This document shows, in pieces, positions 1 through 11,509 of a stretch of DNA of 64,000 nucleotides (its first letter is position 1; each line of letters begins with the position of its first letter). The notes under the pieces are model-generated. The model did no database searches, had not been told where the DNA came from, and saw only the letters and a program-made list of their open reading frames with translations. The translations under genes were made by a program, and so were the position numbers. The stretch is taken from assembly GCA_963825865.1 (NCBI GenBank), contig CAWGVG010000014.1:128001-192000 (forward strand). Reading direction: 5' to 3'. The stretch comes from an uncultured Nitrososphaeraceae archaeon (lineage in GTDB: Archaea > Thermoproteota > Nitrososphaeria > Nitrososphaerales > Nitrososphaeraceae).

Positions 1-704
1 TAGACAGTAAATTCCTATCAAATGACTATGAAATTTATTTACTTACCTCCCTTCAGATACATGTTGCCGCATTTAGAATATTTTAGCTTTGGCTAAAAAC
101 TTTGTTGTAATTTCACCAGTTTCCTCTTATTCTTATTCTTCACCTACTTTGCCAGACTTTTCATTTCGTATTATTAAATATCATCTCGCCATAATCGGGT
201 CTCCTTCTGGGTCTATGGGTTTAAGATTTGGTTCTACTATTGATTTGTATTTTACTATGTAGATGTATATCTTGAGCTCAACTCCCTTTTGAAAACTAGT
301 CCCGATGTCACGAATGATGCTGTAATTATTATGAATATTGCAGCTGCCACTTACCAAAAAAACCAAACCGTAATACAAAAGGGAACAGAAAGGTTTTTTC
401 ATGTCAAGGCCAAAATTGCCATAGCTATTACAAGGTAAAACTATTGAAATTAAAAAATGATGGGAAAGACAGTTATCTAAACTAAAACACGGTAAATATC
501 GTTAGGGTCATTTGACTCCAAAGAACACCAACCAACCAACATCTGATTTATTGTGTATTGTAACGATGATGATTTTGATATTCAAATGTCCTAATGTCAT
601 ATGCCACAGATAGCAAGGAGGAGTTCGTGACATTTTTTATGTCTTAATACCTTTATATTTTATATTGACTAGTTAAACAAACGGATTATTGTAAAAGAAG
701 AATA

Positions 705-1535
705 ATGAACGAAAAATCCTCCTCACCTTCCCGGGAAAAAGGATCTTCTGATAGGTCAGAATCTAATGAGACCAATAAAAATCTAATAGAAACAAATAAA
801 CAACTGTTAGAAATTAATGAACAACTAAAGATACAACACAGAGTACTTCAAGATTTTATTGATATAGCAGCTCACGAACTCAGAACGCCTATCATGCCTA
901 TAATAGGTTATGCTGACATACTTCGAGAGGAGATAGGAGAAAGAAAAGAAATCAAAGGAATCATCTACAATGCAAGAAAATTGGAACAGCTGGCAGAAAA
1001 CATATTGGATAGTACAAAGATTGAAAATCAGACACTAAAACTAATCACAGAACAGATTAATTTGAAAGATATATTAATAGAAATGGTACAAGATTATGAA
1101 AATCAAAATATAACAAAAGAAAAATATGAGATCAAATTACTCTACGAACCAAAGGACATCTTCTTAGAGGCAGACAAACTTAGATTGAGTAGAGTTATTT
1201 CCAATTTATTGAATAATGCTAACTACTTTACCAAAAAAGGCAATATCACTATAACTACCACAGAAATTAAAAATAATGATAATGATAATACTAAATTAGA
1301 ACAAAAAGAACAAGTTCTTGTCAGTATTAAGGATACAGGCCCTGGAATATCGCCAGTAATAATTCAAAAACTATTCTCAAAATTTATTTCAACAGCTTCG
1401 TCAGGCACCGGATTGGGATTGTTTGTTTCTAGAAATATTATAAAAGCTCATGGCGGCGAGATCTGGGCTGAAAACAATCCTGATGGAGAGGGTGCGACAT
1501 TTTCATTTAGAATCCCAAAAATACAGAGATCATAA
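705..1535 (+). CDS. Histidine kinase (HisKA + HATPase_c), no sensor domain
   Basis: H-box AAHELRTP, N-box NLLNNA, G1 DTGPGI, G2 GTGLGL. Confidence 0.93.
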   Translation: MNEKSSSPSREKGSSDRSESNETNKNLIETNKQLLEINEQLKIQHRVLQDFIDIAAHELRTPIMPIIGYADILREEIGERKEIKGIIYNARKLEQLAENILDSTKIENQTLKLITEQINLKDILIEMVQDYENQNITKEKYEIKLLYEPKDIFLEADKLRLSRVISNLLNNANYFTKKGNITITTTEIKNNDNDNTKLEQKEQVLVSIKDTGPGISPVIIQKLFSKFISTASSGTGLGLFVSRNIIKAHGGEIWAENNPDGEGATFSFRIPKIQRS

Positions 1536-1673
1536 CTTATAGCTGGGATTAGTCAAAGTTTTCTTTGCATTTCATATATATTCGACATTAATATTATCAA
1601 TTTTTTATACATATATAACAATGCCTAAACAATAAAAATTTAAGGATAGCATTTTATCATAAGATAATAAGAA

Positions 1674-2072
1674 ATGGTACAGAGGTCACTTAATCAAAAA
1701 CTAAGAGTAATAATTGCAGACGACAATATGGATGTAAATTCATTTTTAGCAGCAACCTTTGTATTGAAAGGATATGAAGTCTATAAAACCTATAGTGCTG
1801 ACGAATGCCTAAGCAAGTTAAATGAATTGGGTGGTAAAGTAGATGTTATGGTCTTGGATGGAAGGTTTGCCTCAGATAGAGGAGCAATGGTCATCGTCAA
1901 GACTAAAAGGATTAATTTGGATGTCAAAATCCTGGCAATAGCAGACAACGAAAGTGAGAAAACACGTGTATTAGATTATGGAGCAGATGGCTTTACTACT
2001 AAACCAATTAGTGCTGAGACGATAGGAGATAAGGTTTCAGCATTACTAACAACAGGTAAAAATGTTGGATAA
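1674..2072 (+). CDS. Single-domain response regulator (receiver)
   Basis: IIADD acidic pocket, VLD phosphoacceptor, TKP motif; follows the kinase. Confidence 0.88.
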   Translation: MVQRSLNQKLRVIIADDNMDVNSFLAATFVLKGYEVYKTYSADECLSKLNELGGKVDVMVLDGRFASDRGAMVIVKTKRINLDVKILAIADNESEKTRVLDYGADGFTTKPISAETIGDKVSALLTTGKNVG

Positions 2073-2227
2073 ATAAACCTCTACCAATATGGTTGAAGAT
2101 ATACACGTAGCAATAAATAAATCTAGGAGAGAACCCTTATAATTTTAAGGAAGCCTATATTCCTGCGGTGTGTGGAAGATATTTGAGCCTTTTTTAAAAT
2201 CCAAATATTACTAACTATCGTCAACTG

Positions 2228-2608
2228 ATGAATATGTATAAAAATATCCATATAATACCTTATCTTATGAGCAAATTTCGGCTTTATTCTGACAAATCAG
2301 AACAGATTACATTTGAAAGTCATTTAGAAGGATTAGAAGGAGAAACAAAGACATTATTGCTCAACCTACGAGACTTTGTAAAGCGTCTTGGCAACAATGT
2401 CATCGAAGAAGTTAGACCCCATAGAGTAGTTTATGCCAAATCTCTAACGTTTAGAACCTTTTTAGACATACAACCAAAAAAGGATTATATAGCAATTTCT
2501 ATAAGAAAAAGTAGAAGTGAACCCATTACAAATCATATCGTTAAAGCTGCAGAAGAAATGGAAAATATAAAACCTCAGATTTTAGATGCTTATGAGAAAA
2601 TCAAATAG
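2228..2608 (+). CDS. Conserved hypothetical protein, DUF5655-like (start possibly 2267)
   Basis: Intact ORF; 'LRDFVKRLGNNVIEEV...YAK...FLDIQPKK' resembles DUF5655. Confidence 0.55.
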   Translation: MNMYKNIHIIPYLMSKFRLYSDKSEQITFESHLEGLEGETKTLLLNLRDFVKRLGNNVIEEVRPHRVVYAKSLTFRTFLDIQPKKDYIAISIRKSRSEPITNHIVKAAEEMENIKPQILDAYEKIK

Positions 2609-3046
2609 GATACAACAATTAAAGGCAACAATTAAAATCCTAAAAATAAAGCATGAACTACAAAACCATCTTCAATATTATTATACTTCAAAAACAAGCA
2701 TCCAAGATTCAGCCCGTTGTCATCTTATTCCTATACATTATATTGATGCGGCACTAGAAAGCAGTCAAGGCCAATGGCGACCAATTTTCTTCTCAATCAT
2801 TATTTATTGCTTTGATATTCTGGCATCAATAAGTGATTAATCTGCTATCTGCAAAAAATTATCAAAGTATTGACTGATAATGACACATACTTTGATATAA
2901 CCATAGCCATCAAGTAATGAAGCCCAACATGACAGACATAGAAAAAACAACACCAATAGCTCGCAGCACCCCATAAGAGAACAACAAAGAAAGAAAAAGA
3001 ACTATTACAGAATAAGACTAACCACGAAAATTTAAATGCTGCAATA

Positions 3047-3283
3047 GTGACACTTGAAAATATAAATCGAAATCATTATCGTGAAGTTAATAGAAGTATA
3101 AAAGGTAGTATAAATGAATTACTTGTTTTATTGAAAGATAAAGAGCAAAAATTTAGCTTATCTGTAAGAGCGGCAAATGCCGTTAGCATGCTAGATAGGC
3201 TGACACAAGACAAGGCAATGAAATCGCATATTAGAACGATGCTATGGCAGGTTGTATCAAACCTTGAAGGTATAAGAGAATAA
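3047..3283 (+). CDS. UPF0147 family protein (start uncertain)
   Basis: VRAANAVSMLD...HIRTMLWQVVSNLE matches the archaeal UPF0147 C-terminal pattern. Confidence 0.75.
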   Translation: MTLENINRNHYREVNRSIKGSINELLVLLKDKEQKFSLSVRAANAVSMLDRLTQDKAMKSHIRTMLWQVVSNLEGIRE

Positions 3284-3458
3284 CATTCAATATCGGTACT
3301 TTACGATATCTAAGTGCTCCTTCTTCTTCTCCTCCTCTCTTTTGACCATTTAGCAATGAAATATTACATCTCATCATCGTGATCTATTTGTATAAGGATA
3401 AGCCTTGTTGTTGTTGCCGCCATCCCTTAAGGCTTGAATAAATACAAAGTAACCAATT

Positions 3459-3860
3459 TTGGCTATAGAATGGCTTTCTGCACCATCACATATAGATAGG
3501 AACAGGCAACAGCCGAGCCATAGAGATACGACTGATAATGATATTAATATTCATTATTCTCAAACAATTGATAACAATTCTTCTTTGCAAAATCATTCAG
3601 TTAACAATAATACTTTTTCTACACTAAAACCATTTTATAAAAGAATTCTTATCGTAGACGATAATACGGATATCACTTTAACCTTCAAATCAGCTTTAGA
3701 AGAGTATTATGATGATAAAAGATTTGAAGTATACCCATACAATAACCCGTTAGCAGCATTATCGGAATTCAAGCCACATTTTTACGATATACTGCTAACT
3801 GATATTAACCTACCCAGATATGAATGGCTTTCAATTATGTGGAAACATCTCTTGCTCTAG
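3459..3860 (+). pseudogene. Truncated response regulator receiver
   Basis: RILIVDD...FYDILLTDINLP, then frameshift (MNGFQL in another frame) and loss of the KP motif. Confidence 0.7.
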
Positions 3861-4002
3861 CAAGAAATCGCTTGGATACTTATGCTACAATGCGTAATTT
3901 AGAAGTGAATATTGATTATACAGAAGAAGCTCATTCGTTGTATGGTGTGTGATAAGAAAAACTTATTTGTAATTGTGTGTTCTGCTTTTATGAAATATAA
4001 AT

Positions 4003-4197
4003 ATGACCTCCGGTATCTGGCTGATATTCATAATTCCAGCCGTGTTATCTTTTGTCTTTAGTGTATGGGTAACTATCAGTATTGTGGCCGACGTTGCAGA
4101 GAGAGGAGCTTCTCAATTGGCATTAAGACAAAATATAGGTCAAGGAGTAGTTAAGTTGAAAGTACTGCCCCCCTTGCGTGAAAATAATAATTCTTAA
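4003..4197 (+). CDS. Small single-pass membrane protein, hypothetical
   Basis: ATG start, hydrophobic N-terminal helix. Confidence 0.4.
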   Translation: MTSGIWLIFIIPAVLSFVFSVWVTISIVADVAERGASQLALRQNIGQGVVKLKVLPPLRENNNS

Positions 4198-4297
4198 ATG
4201 CTTGTCAAGACTGACACATAATTATTATTTATTCCTTATTGATCCTTATAATTCTCCATTTTGAAAACCGGCGGTAAGGAACATTGAGTCATAACCA

Positions 4298-4531
4298 TTA
4301 CATCTTAGTTTTCTTCTTTAATAATAAATTCCGTATATAACAATCAACATTTTCCATCATTTTTGAGTTGCCCTCGATCAATGATTGTAGTTTTGGATTC
4401 GTATACTCAATATCTATATATTCGATAATATCTTTAGATATATAATATTTGTAATGAAATATAGCCCTGCTTCGTTCTCCTTTTACTTTGAAATCAAGCG
4501 CTACTTCTCCATATAAATCAGTTACTGGCAT
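4298..4531 (-). CDS. Hypothetical protein
   Basis: ATG-start ORF with protein-like composition. Confidence 0.5.
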   Translation of the reverse strand: MPVTDLYGEVALDFKVKGERSRAIFHYKYYISKDIIEYIDIEYTNPKLQSLIEGNSKMMENVDCYIRNLLLKKKTKM

Positions 4532-5850
4532 GCTATTAGTTCATTAGTCCTAAATATGTTAAGGATTTCATTAAAATAATATCCTTAATAATTGCAGTAA
4601 AATGAAATAGAATAATTCTGAATGTCGAAATCGTATTGACAGAAGAGGCTGTCAAAGACATGAATAGATAATTATTTAGAAAATCAAACTATTATACATC
4701 TGTCCAGATTATTTAAAAAAGTACAGGATAAAATTGGTGACTTTGGAAGAGTAGGCATTTTTATATCTACAGCATAGTAATGGAAATACGATTGACCTTG
4801 TTATTTTTGATGACAATCAGAAAGGCTATACAATGAGCTCCCTAAAACAGCATCATCCTTTGCAAAGTTATGTTATATATCGAACGATTCGATATTGCAA
4901 AGTTATGTTATCACGAAAGTTGAAAACATACACGGTAATAAGATCAATATCAACATTGAAGGTGAACATCGAGGAATTGAACCACAAGATACTCTTTTCA
5001 AGACTAAAAGAGAATAAATTTCCCATGTATACACAATAACAACAATTATGAAAAGTGGTAAAATCTTGGTTAGGAATCTTCCTGTCATTGGAGTGAAAGA
5101 TTGGATTCTAATTTACGATGATGCCTTATTTGTCCTTGCAGTAAAAAATTCATATTAGAATTAGAAATTATTATCCGCTAACGATTCTAATAATATTAGA
5201 TAAAAATTTAGCCACTTGGGGTACAAACAATTCGATTGAACTGCTAGAGAATAATTTCATATTTAAATTCGTTATTAATATCTACCACAAGATAGATATG
5301 TATATAAATGTATATACACTACTCCTACAGAATCCTAACCAACATTATGTAAACATTACTGCATGGCAGCAAACAAACAATATAATAATTAATTTAAAAT
5401 GCCTGGCCAAGTGCAGGTTTACCCACATCTTAGTCAGGCAATTTTGTTCCCCATCGGTTTGGTCGATGTATATTTACTTTGTATTAATTCTAATTTAAAT
5501 GTGATGATCAGACAGGAACTAGTACCATTATCAAAATTCCTTCACAAGTATATGAAGAAATGCCAAACACTTGATTACAGAAGATGAAAGACACAGGTTA
5601 AAAAATAATATTTTGAAAATTTCGAAAAGCCATTTCACAATCAGCTAGAAGATAAGTATGGTGCTCATTATCCTACTGGTATGACGATTATCAGTTTTGA
5701 TAGAGAAGAAGCATCACATGATGGATAAAAAACACTATATAGATTAAAAGGAGAATGAGTGAAATATACATCCCTGCAGCCACCAGCAGCACTAGTGATA
5801 ATGAGTGTAATACCGCCATTGATAAATAATAGAAATGGTAAGATTCGGTA

Positions 5851-6273
5851 TTGATAAAGTCAGATACACATTCGGATGACGAATTGAGGAAAATATATGA
5901 TTTAAAAGATATAGCTGTTGTAGGAATGTCAAAAAATGTGGAAAAGGCTGCACATTACGTTCCCAAATATCTTATTGAGAAGGGATATAATGTTATTCCT
6001 GTAAATCCTACAACTAGCGAAATTCTTGGAAGAAAATCATACAGCTCCATTAGTGAGGTGCCAGAAAATATAGACATTATTGACGTGTTCAGAAGGTCAG
6101 AAGATGTACCAAATGTGATAGTAGATGCAATGAAAAAAAAGGGAATCAAATATATCTGGATGCAGGAAGGCATTTACAATGAAGAAGCAGAAAGTAAAGC
6201 AAAGGAAAATGGTTTCGATGTTATATATAATAGATGTATGATGGCAGAACATAGGCGGCTGTTCGGCAGATAA
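5851..6273 (+). CDS. CoA-binding protein (YccU/CoA_binding_2)
   Basis: IAVVGMS...GYNVIPVNP...DIIDVFRRS...IWMQEG...NRCM. Confidence 0.92.
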   Translation: MIKSDTHSDDELRKIYDLKDIAVVGMSKNVEKAAHYVPKYLIEKGYNVIPVNPTTSEILGRKSYSSISEVPENIDIIDVFRRSEDVPNVIVDAMKKKGIKYIWMQEGIYNEEAESKAKENGFDVIYNRCMMAEHRRLFGR

Positions 6274-6773
6274 ATCTGTCTATATCTAAATGTATAGATA
6301 TGAAATAGAAGTTTTGATTAAAAAAAGTAATAGTTGTTAAATTTAGTGAGCTTAATAAAAAATAATAGTCAGACTGCATAGATCACAATAACCAAAGACT
6401 TAATGCAATCCTAGATAACCTTCCAATCGCAGTAAATATATATATAGATGGGATGATGAACCTTATACTGACCCGATCCTTTAAGCCAACCTTTGTAAGC
6501 CTCTAGATATATTCACTGCGTTACGGGAATAAGTTGTTGTTTTGGGATAGGGAACTAACTTGTGGCAATTTTCATGCCTAAAATTACATCATAAATTAAT
6601 GCTTTGAGAAAAACATCTGTATTATTCTTTATTATTATTGTCCAATTATTATCATTTATGTAATCTGTTCTATTATCCATTCTTTAAATTTTGTAATTGC
6701 AAATTCTTCAGATTGTTTGATAAAACTAGGATCATTTGGCCTCTATTGATGAGGAATAGATATTTCAATCGTT

Positions 6774-6959
6774 ATGGCAAGAAATACACAGGTTATCATC
6801 AACGAACGCCGTCAGAAATTATGGATACTTTTAACCAGAGGTATGCGATCATATGATATTGCTCGTGAGTTAAAATGTGATCATTCTACAATCAGTCGAG
6901 ATATTGCTTATCTAACTTCACAATCTCATTGTTATAGTTATACACAAAGAAATGTATAA
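6774..6959 (+). CDS. Helix-turn-helix protein, probably truncated
   Basis: RGMRSYDIARELKCDHSTISRDI is a classic HTH. Confidence 0.65.
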   Translation: MARNTQVIINERRQKLWILLTRGMRSYDIARELKCDHSTISRDIAYLTSQSHCYSYTQRNV

Positions 6960-6968
6960 GCATGATGA

Positions 6969-6998
6969 GAACAATGTTGAACAATGTTGAACAATGTT
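6969..6998. repeat. 3 x 10-bp direct repeat GAACAATGTT
   Basis: Read directly in the sequence, upstream of the secreted repeat protein. Confidence 0.85.
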
Positions 6999-7033
6999 CT
7001 CATCATATTTATTTTGATCAATACATATCATAT

Positions 7034-7810
7034 ATGTTTATGAGAAATATGTTTCGCAACATAGAACGTCGTTATGTTAGGGGCAATCTTACTATCATCT
7101 TTGCAACAACGATTCTTTTATTATTATCATCGTCATCGCTTTTAGCAGGGAATCTACAAATCCCAACAACATCATTGAAAAAGGCCGATGCTCAACAAAC
7201 GACTACGACTGGAGCACCATCTCCTACACCCGGTGAAGTAACCCCACCAGAAGGCGGAGACACCATCTCCTACTGGAGCACCATCTCCTACACCCGGTGA
7301 AACTCCAGCAGCTCCACCATCCGGTGAAACTCCAGCAGCTCCACCACCCGGTGAAACTCCAGCAGCTCCTACTGGAGCACCATCTCCTACACCCGGTGAA
7401 GTAACCCCACCAGAAGGCGCAGCACCATCTCCTACTGCAGCACCATCTCCTACTGGAGCACCATCTCCTACTGGAGCACATCTCCTACTGACACCATCTC
7501 CGACTGGAGCACCATCTCCTACTGGAGCACCATCTCCTACTGGAGCACCATCTCCTACTGGAGCACCATCTCCTACTGGAGCACCATCTCCTACTGGAGC
7601 ACCATCTCCGACTGGAGCACCATCTCCTACTGGAGCACCATCTCCTGACTGGAGCACCATCTCCTACTGGAGCACCATCTCCTACTGGAGCACCATCTCC
7701 TACTGCAGAGCACCATCTCCTACTCGGACACCATCTCCTACTGGACACCATCTCCTACACCCGGTGAAGTAGAAGAGCAGAAATTGCTACTGAATTCCAA
7801 CATGAGTTAG
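7034..7810 (+). CDS. Secreted Pro/Thr/Ser-rich tandem-repeat protein (TGAPSP repeats), frameshifted in this sequence
   Basis: Hydrophobic signal segment ending KKADA|Q; repeats translate as TGAPSP, TPGEVTPPEG and GETPAAPP; ends TPGEVEEQKLLLNSNMS*. Confidence 0.7.
7208..7772 (+). repeat. 18-bp coding minisatellite ACTGGAGCACCATCTCCT (about 20-23 units with interspersed variant blocks)
   Basis: Contiguous tandem units with no spacers; several units carry 1-bp indels. Confidence 0.95.
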
Positions 7811-8299
7811 ATTATGACTCACAACCTCAAATACAGATTAAAGATAAGAATTCATATTTGTTACACAACATAACAGAAAGATACTTTGCAAAAGTAGAAA
7901 GTTACTTTAACATTATAAAACAAAGTCTGATCGCTGCAATACTGCCTGAAAATATAGGAGTTGAACAGTATGCAGATATTCGATATAAAATAAATGAATA
8001 CAGGTTGTTTATGCTCTTTTTTTATACTCTTCTAAAAAAATGGACAGAAGATATCAACATGAATATATTCATAGCGCTTATAGTTACTATCATGACGAAT
8101 ATGAAAGATTATACAATCCATACGCAGTGCCGATTAGACGACAACAACAAATCATTAAGAAGTTTTATCCCCAAATTATTAGATATATTTCTGTGCAGTA
8201 TTGCTATTTGTGGACAACCAATATGAATGCTGATTTGATTATAAGTTTATGTACTTTGGGCTTTATTTATTGATAATTATTTTTACTTCATTATAATTT

Positions 8300-9775
8300 T
8301 TTAGTTGGTAAGCATTTGTGATTGGATAATTTGGTTCTGGTCTTTTATGCTTCCAAGTGCTGTTATTAATGTCTGCAACTGAGATTCCATGCTGTTGAAA
8401 CGTTTTTCAATATCGTGTAGTTCGTCTTCTTTTTCCTTCTGAGATTCTAAAGCTTATTGATAGCCTTCAAAACTCATTATCATTTTACACTTGTTGCAGA
8501 ATTTGGCGTCCTGGGTATTTCCTTCATTGCAGTTAGGACATATCTTTGGATTTAGTGTATCAATTGGAATATTATCTTTAGTGACTATGCCATAAGCCTC
8601 AAGTAACGATTCAGAAGACTCATTTCCAAAGTAGTGAATGTATTTCTGTGCCATATTGCTATTCATCGACCAGCCTGCATGTTGGTTTAATGTATTTGTT
8701 TTTAGTTTGGTGGATTTTCAGTTAAGGCACGAATGCCGTCTAATATAGGGATTAAATGGCTTCGAATAGCAAGTTCTTGATCTTCTCTTTATCTTCATTT
8801 GATACTGTTGGCTCTTTTAATAACTTGGGAAAGAACTCTTCTTTGTAATATTTGTAAATTTGATATATACCATTGAGAGTAAGTTGTCTTCTTCCCATAC
8901 TACTGCGCCTACCTAAACCTACGAAAAGCGGAGAGTTTGGGTTATTTCTACTAGGGTGATTTGACAGCCAGTCTTTGATATAGGGTATAGATTGGATTAG
9001 TGGAATATGTCTACTACCTGTTTTACCATTAACTAGAACCTCTGCATATTGACTTATCTTGTCTACAGTTTTGAATATGATATCTTTTATTTTTAGATTT
9101 AATATTTCATGTGGGCGTGCTGACAAGTCTCTTGCCATTGTATGATAGCATCTATCACGTTTATTTGTAACCCACTTTAAGAAATAGTAAGTCATCTTCC
9201 TGGGACCAAAGGTCAGAAGGTTTGTAACAACTAATTTCTTTTCTTTTTAGCTTTGGAATATCCATTATGCATTCAGGTTTTCTTTCAGACTTGGATAATT
9301 CATTTCTTTTTTTAGGATTGAGCAGATATCAGAATAATATCAACCATTTGAAAGAATCTTATCAAGTACTATACGTTTTGTATTATAAGTTCCTATCCAT
9401 TTATGCAATGGATCATCATTGTCTGATTTTCTATTACTGTCTAAATATAGCAAAATATCATCTCTTGTCATATCTTCAAATTGTTTTTCTATACCAACAA
9501 ATCTTGAAAGTTCTGATAGAAATTGAATTGTGTATTTTGTGTAGCTAAGTCCTAGGATTAACCTCTCTTTTCATTGCTATAATATATTCAGATATCATCA
9601 ATGCATTTTCTTTAGATAGTCTATTCCTATCTCTTAGGACTAATTCGCAAAACTTGTTTGTTGTAATACCTTCAGTTGCTAAGGTAATCTTTCTATTTAA
9701 TATCTCTAAATCTTCTGTAGATTTGCTTGATAATGACGATGATGCTGATGATGATGATAATGAACGTTTGGACAT
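8300..9775 (-). mobile_element. Tyrosine recombinase/integrase with C-terminal zinc ribbon, fragmented
   Basis: SARPHEI (R), GKTG (K), PYIRRHS, HAGW, MAQKY (Y), CPNC..CNKC spread over ORFs 9545-9775, 8752-9195, 8454-8666; frameshifts plus an in-frame TAA. Confidence 0.85.
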
Positions 9776-9864
9776 AGTATATTGTGTTTCTTTTTAGAGT
9801 ATTAGTTAACAATATTTTGTATGAACCAATATTATTAACCAATAAAGCACAGTAACAAATCACA

Positions 9865-10326
9865 ATGACAAAAATAAACTATGAAACAGAAATAAATGCA
9901 CCTGTCGGCAAAGTATTTGAATATTATACTAATCCAGATAATATTAAGGAGTCATGGCCTCAAGACATTGTGAAAGGATCTGAAAACGTATCTGGCCAAA
10001 AGAGTGAAGAAGGATCCGAAATGAAAGTAACAGGTGAATATATGGGAAAAGAAGAGGAAATGACATTAGAGGTAGTAAAAAAGGAACAGAATAGTAGATT
10101 AGTTACACAACAGACCCAAGGACCGTTTAAAAAGTGGGAAAGTATACAGGAATTTCAAGGCAGCAATGGCAAAACACATATCAGACATACGGTTGATTAT
10201 GAATTACCCACAACTGGAAAAATTGCAAATGTATTATCCGGCAGTCAAGCTGATAGCAAAATAAAACAGGGATTACAACAAGCAGCACAAACAGTCAAAC
10301 AGAGACTAGAATCAGGCTTATCTTAA
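9865..10326 (+). CDS. SRPBCC/START-fold (polyketide cyclase-like) protein
   Basis: EINAPVGKVFEY...QGPFKKW...HTVDYELP. Confidence 0.85.
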   Translation: MTKINYETEINAPVGKVFEYYTNPDNIKESWPQDIVKGSENVSGQKSEEGSEMKVTGEYMGKEEEMTLEVVKKEQNSRLVTQQTQGPFKKWESIQEFQGSNGKTHIRHTVDYELPTTGKIANVLSGSQADSKIKQGLQQAAQTVKQRLESGLS

Positions 10327-10345
10327 GCAAAAGTGAGAATAAAAA

Positions 10346-10685
10346 ATGTCTAATACCCATAACGTAGGCCATTTTGATATACCTGCAGATAACCTAGAAG
10401 TCTAAAGAATTTTTATTCTTCCTTGTTTGGATGGCAGTTTGAACAAGGAGAAACTAAAGGATACTGGATGATAAGAATGCAGGATAGTGGAGTTTAATGC
10501 AAAAAGAGAATCCACAGCAGATATCTACAATCTTTACAGAAGTAGAATCTATTGAAGATTATATAAGAAAATCAGAGCAAATGGGTGCTAAGGTAGTAAA
10601 GAGCAAAAATGAAATTCGTGAAGGATATTATGCTGTAATGGAAGATCCACAAGGAAATACATTTGGAATATGGGAGAGTAAATAG
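10346..10685 (+). CDS. VOC/glyoxalase family protein (frameshifted)
   Basis: VGHFDIPADN...FYSSLFGW...GYYAVMEDPQGNTFGIWE. Confidence 0.85.
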
Positions 10686-10816
10686 CAAATTTATCTTCTT
10701 TAAGTCCCGTGCAAATACTATAATATTTTCTTTTTTTGCTTTGCTAGAATCATCGACTATAATGTTTATCAGAAATTCGAACCATAATAAAACAAAATAG
10801 GTGAAAATGAAAAGAT

Positions 10817-11155
10817 ATGTCCAATGTATCAAGCGATCGGAACTATACTGACAGCACGCAGTCAGGAGTTGGTGCAACATCGGAAAGAGTAGGAGACGCT
10901 ACAGGGGAACCATCTACAAATGAGCCAACTAATAGAGTCACAGCATCTAAAATGGCAAATCTACTGGAGGGTATACAATTCCCAGCAACCAAGGAAGATA
11001 TCAAAAACCATATAAATAGAAAGTCTCCAGCCATGGGAAATAGAATTAATGATGTGTTTGAAGCTGTTCAAAACAATCTTGAGGACGGAGTTAAATATAA
11101 CAGTACTTATGCCATAGAACTGGCAGCTGGATTAGTAGAGAAAAAGAATGAATAA
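10817..11155 (+). CDS. DUF2795-like protein
   Basis: LLEGIQFPATKEDI motif. Confidence 0.7.
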   Translation: MSNVSSDRNYTDSTQSGVGATSERVGDATGEPSTNEPTNRVTASKMANLLEGIQFPATKEDIKNHINRKSPAMGNRINDVFEAVQNNLEDGVKYNSTYAIELAAGLVEKKNE

Positions 11156-11509
11156 CTTTAATTCATCTTTTAGTATATAGTGAATATTCGCTAATATGCA
11201 GTGGCTGTAGTCGTGAGCGATAATATTGCTTATTTTCCTACGTTCATTTTGATGCTCCCGGAATTTAATCTACCAATGGATCCGTTGATTATTAACTATA
11301 ATATATTTAAATTGGTAGATGATAGGAACACTGCAGTCTAAGATGAGTCTTTCTTAGTAACCCCAAACCGTAAAACTACAAGGTTTATACCATCCAATAC
11401 GCGAAGATATTCATTTACCTATTGATAGTATCATTAGTATATGTGGTGTGTAAGATTGTGGCCATCTAACAGCAAGAGGAACAAAAAGTTGATTGCACGA
11501 CCATCCCAT

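Noticed and set aside
7172-7751. Minus-strand ORFs (VGDGAP and CSSRRW repeats)
   Set aside because: Shadow frames of the minisatellite; the signal peptide lies on the + strand
7208-7772. CRISPR array
   Set aside because: Units are contiguous 18-mers with no unique spacers, have codon periodicity, and no cas genes are present
7858-8273. Overlapping 122-aa and 77-aa ORFs
   Set aside because: AT-rich and motif-less; no support for either
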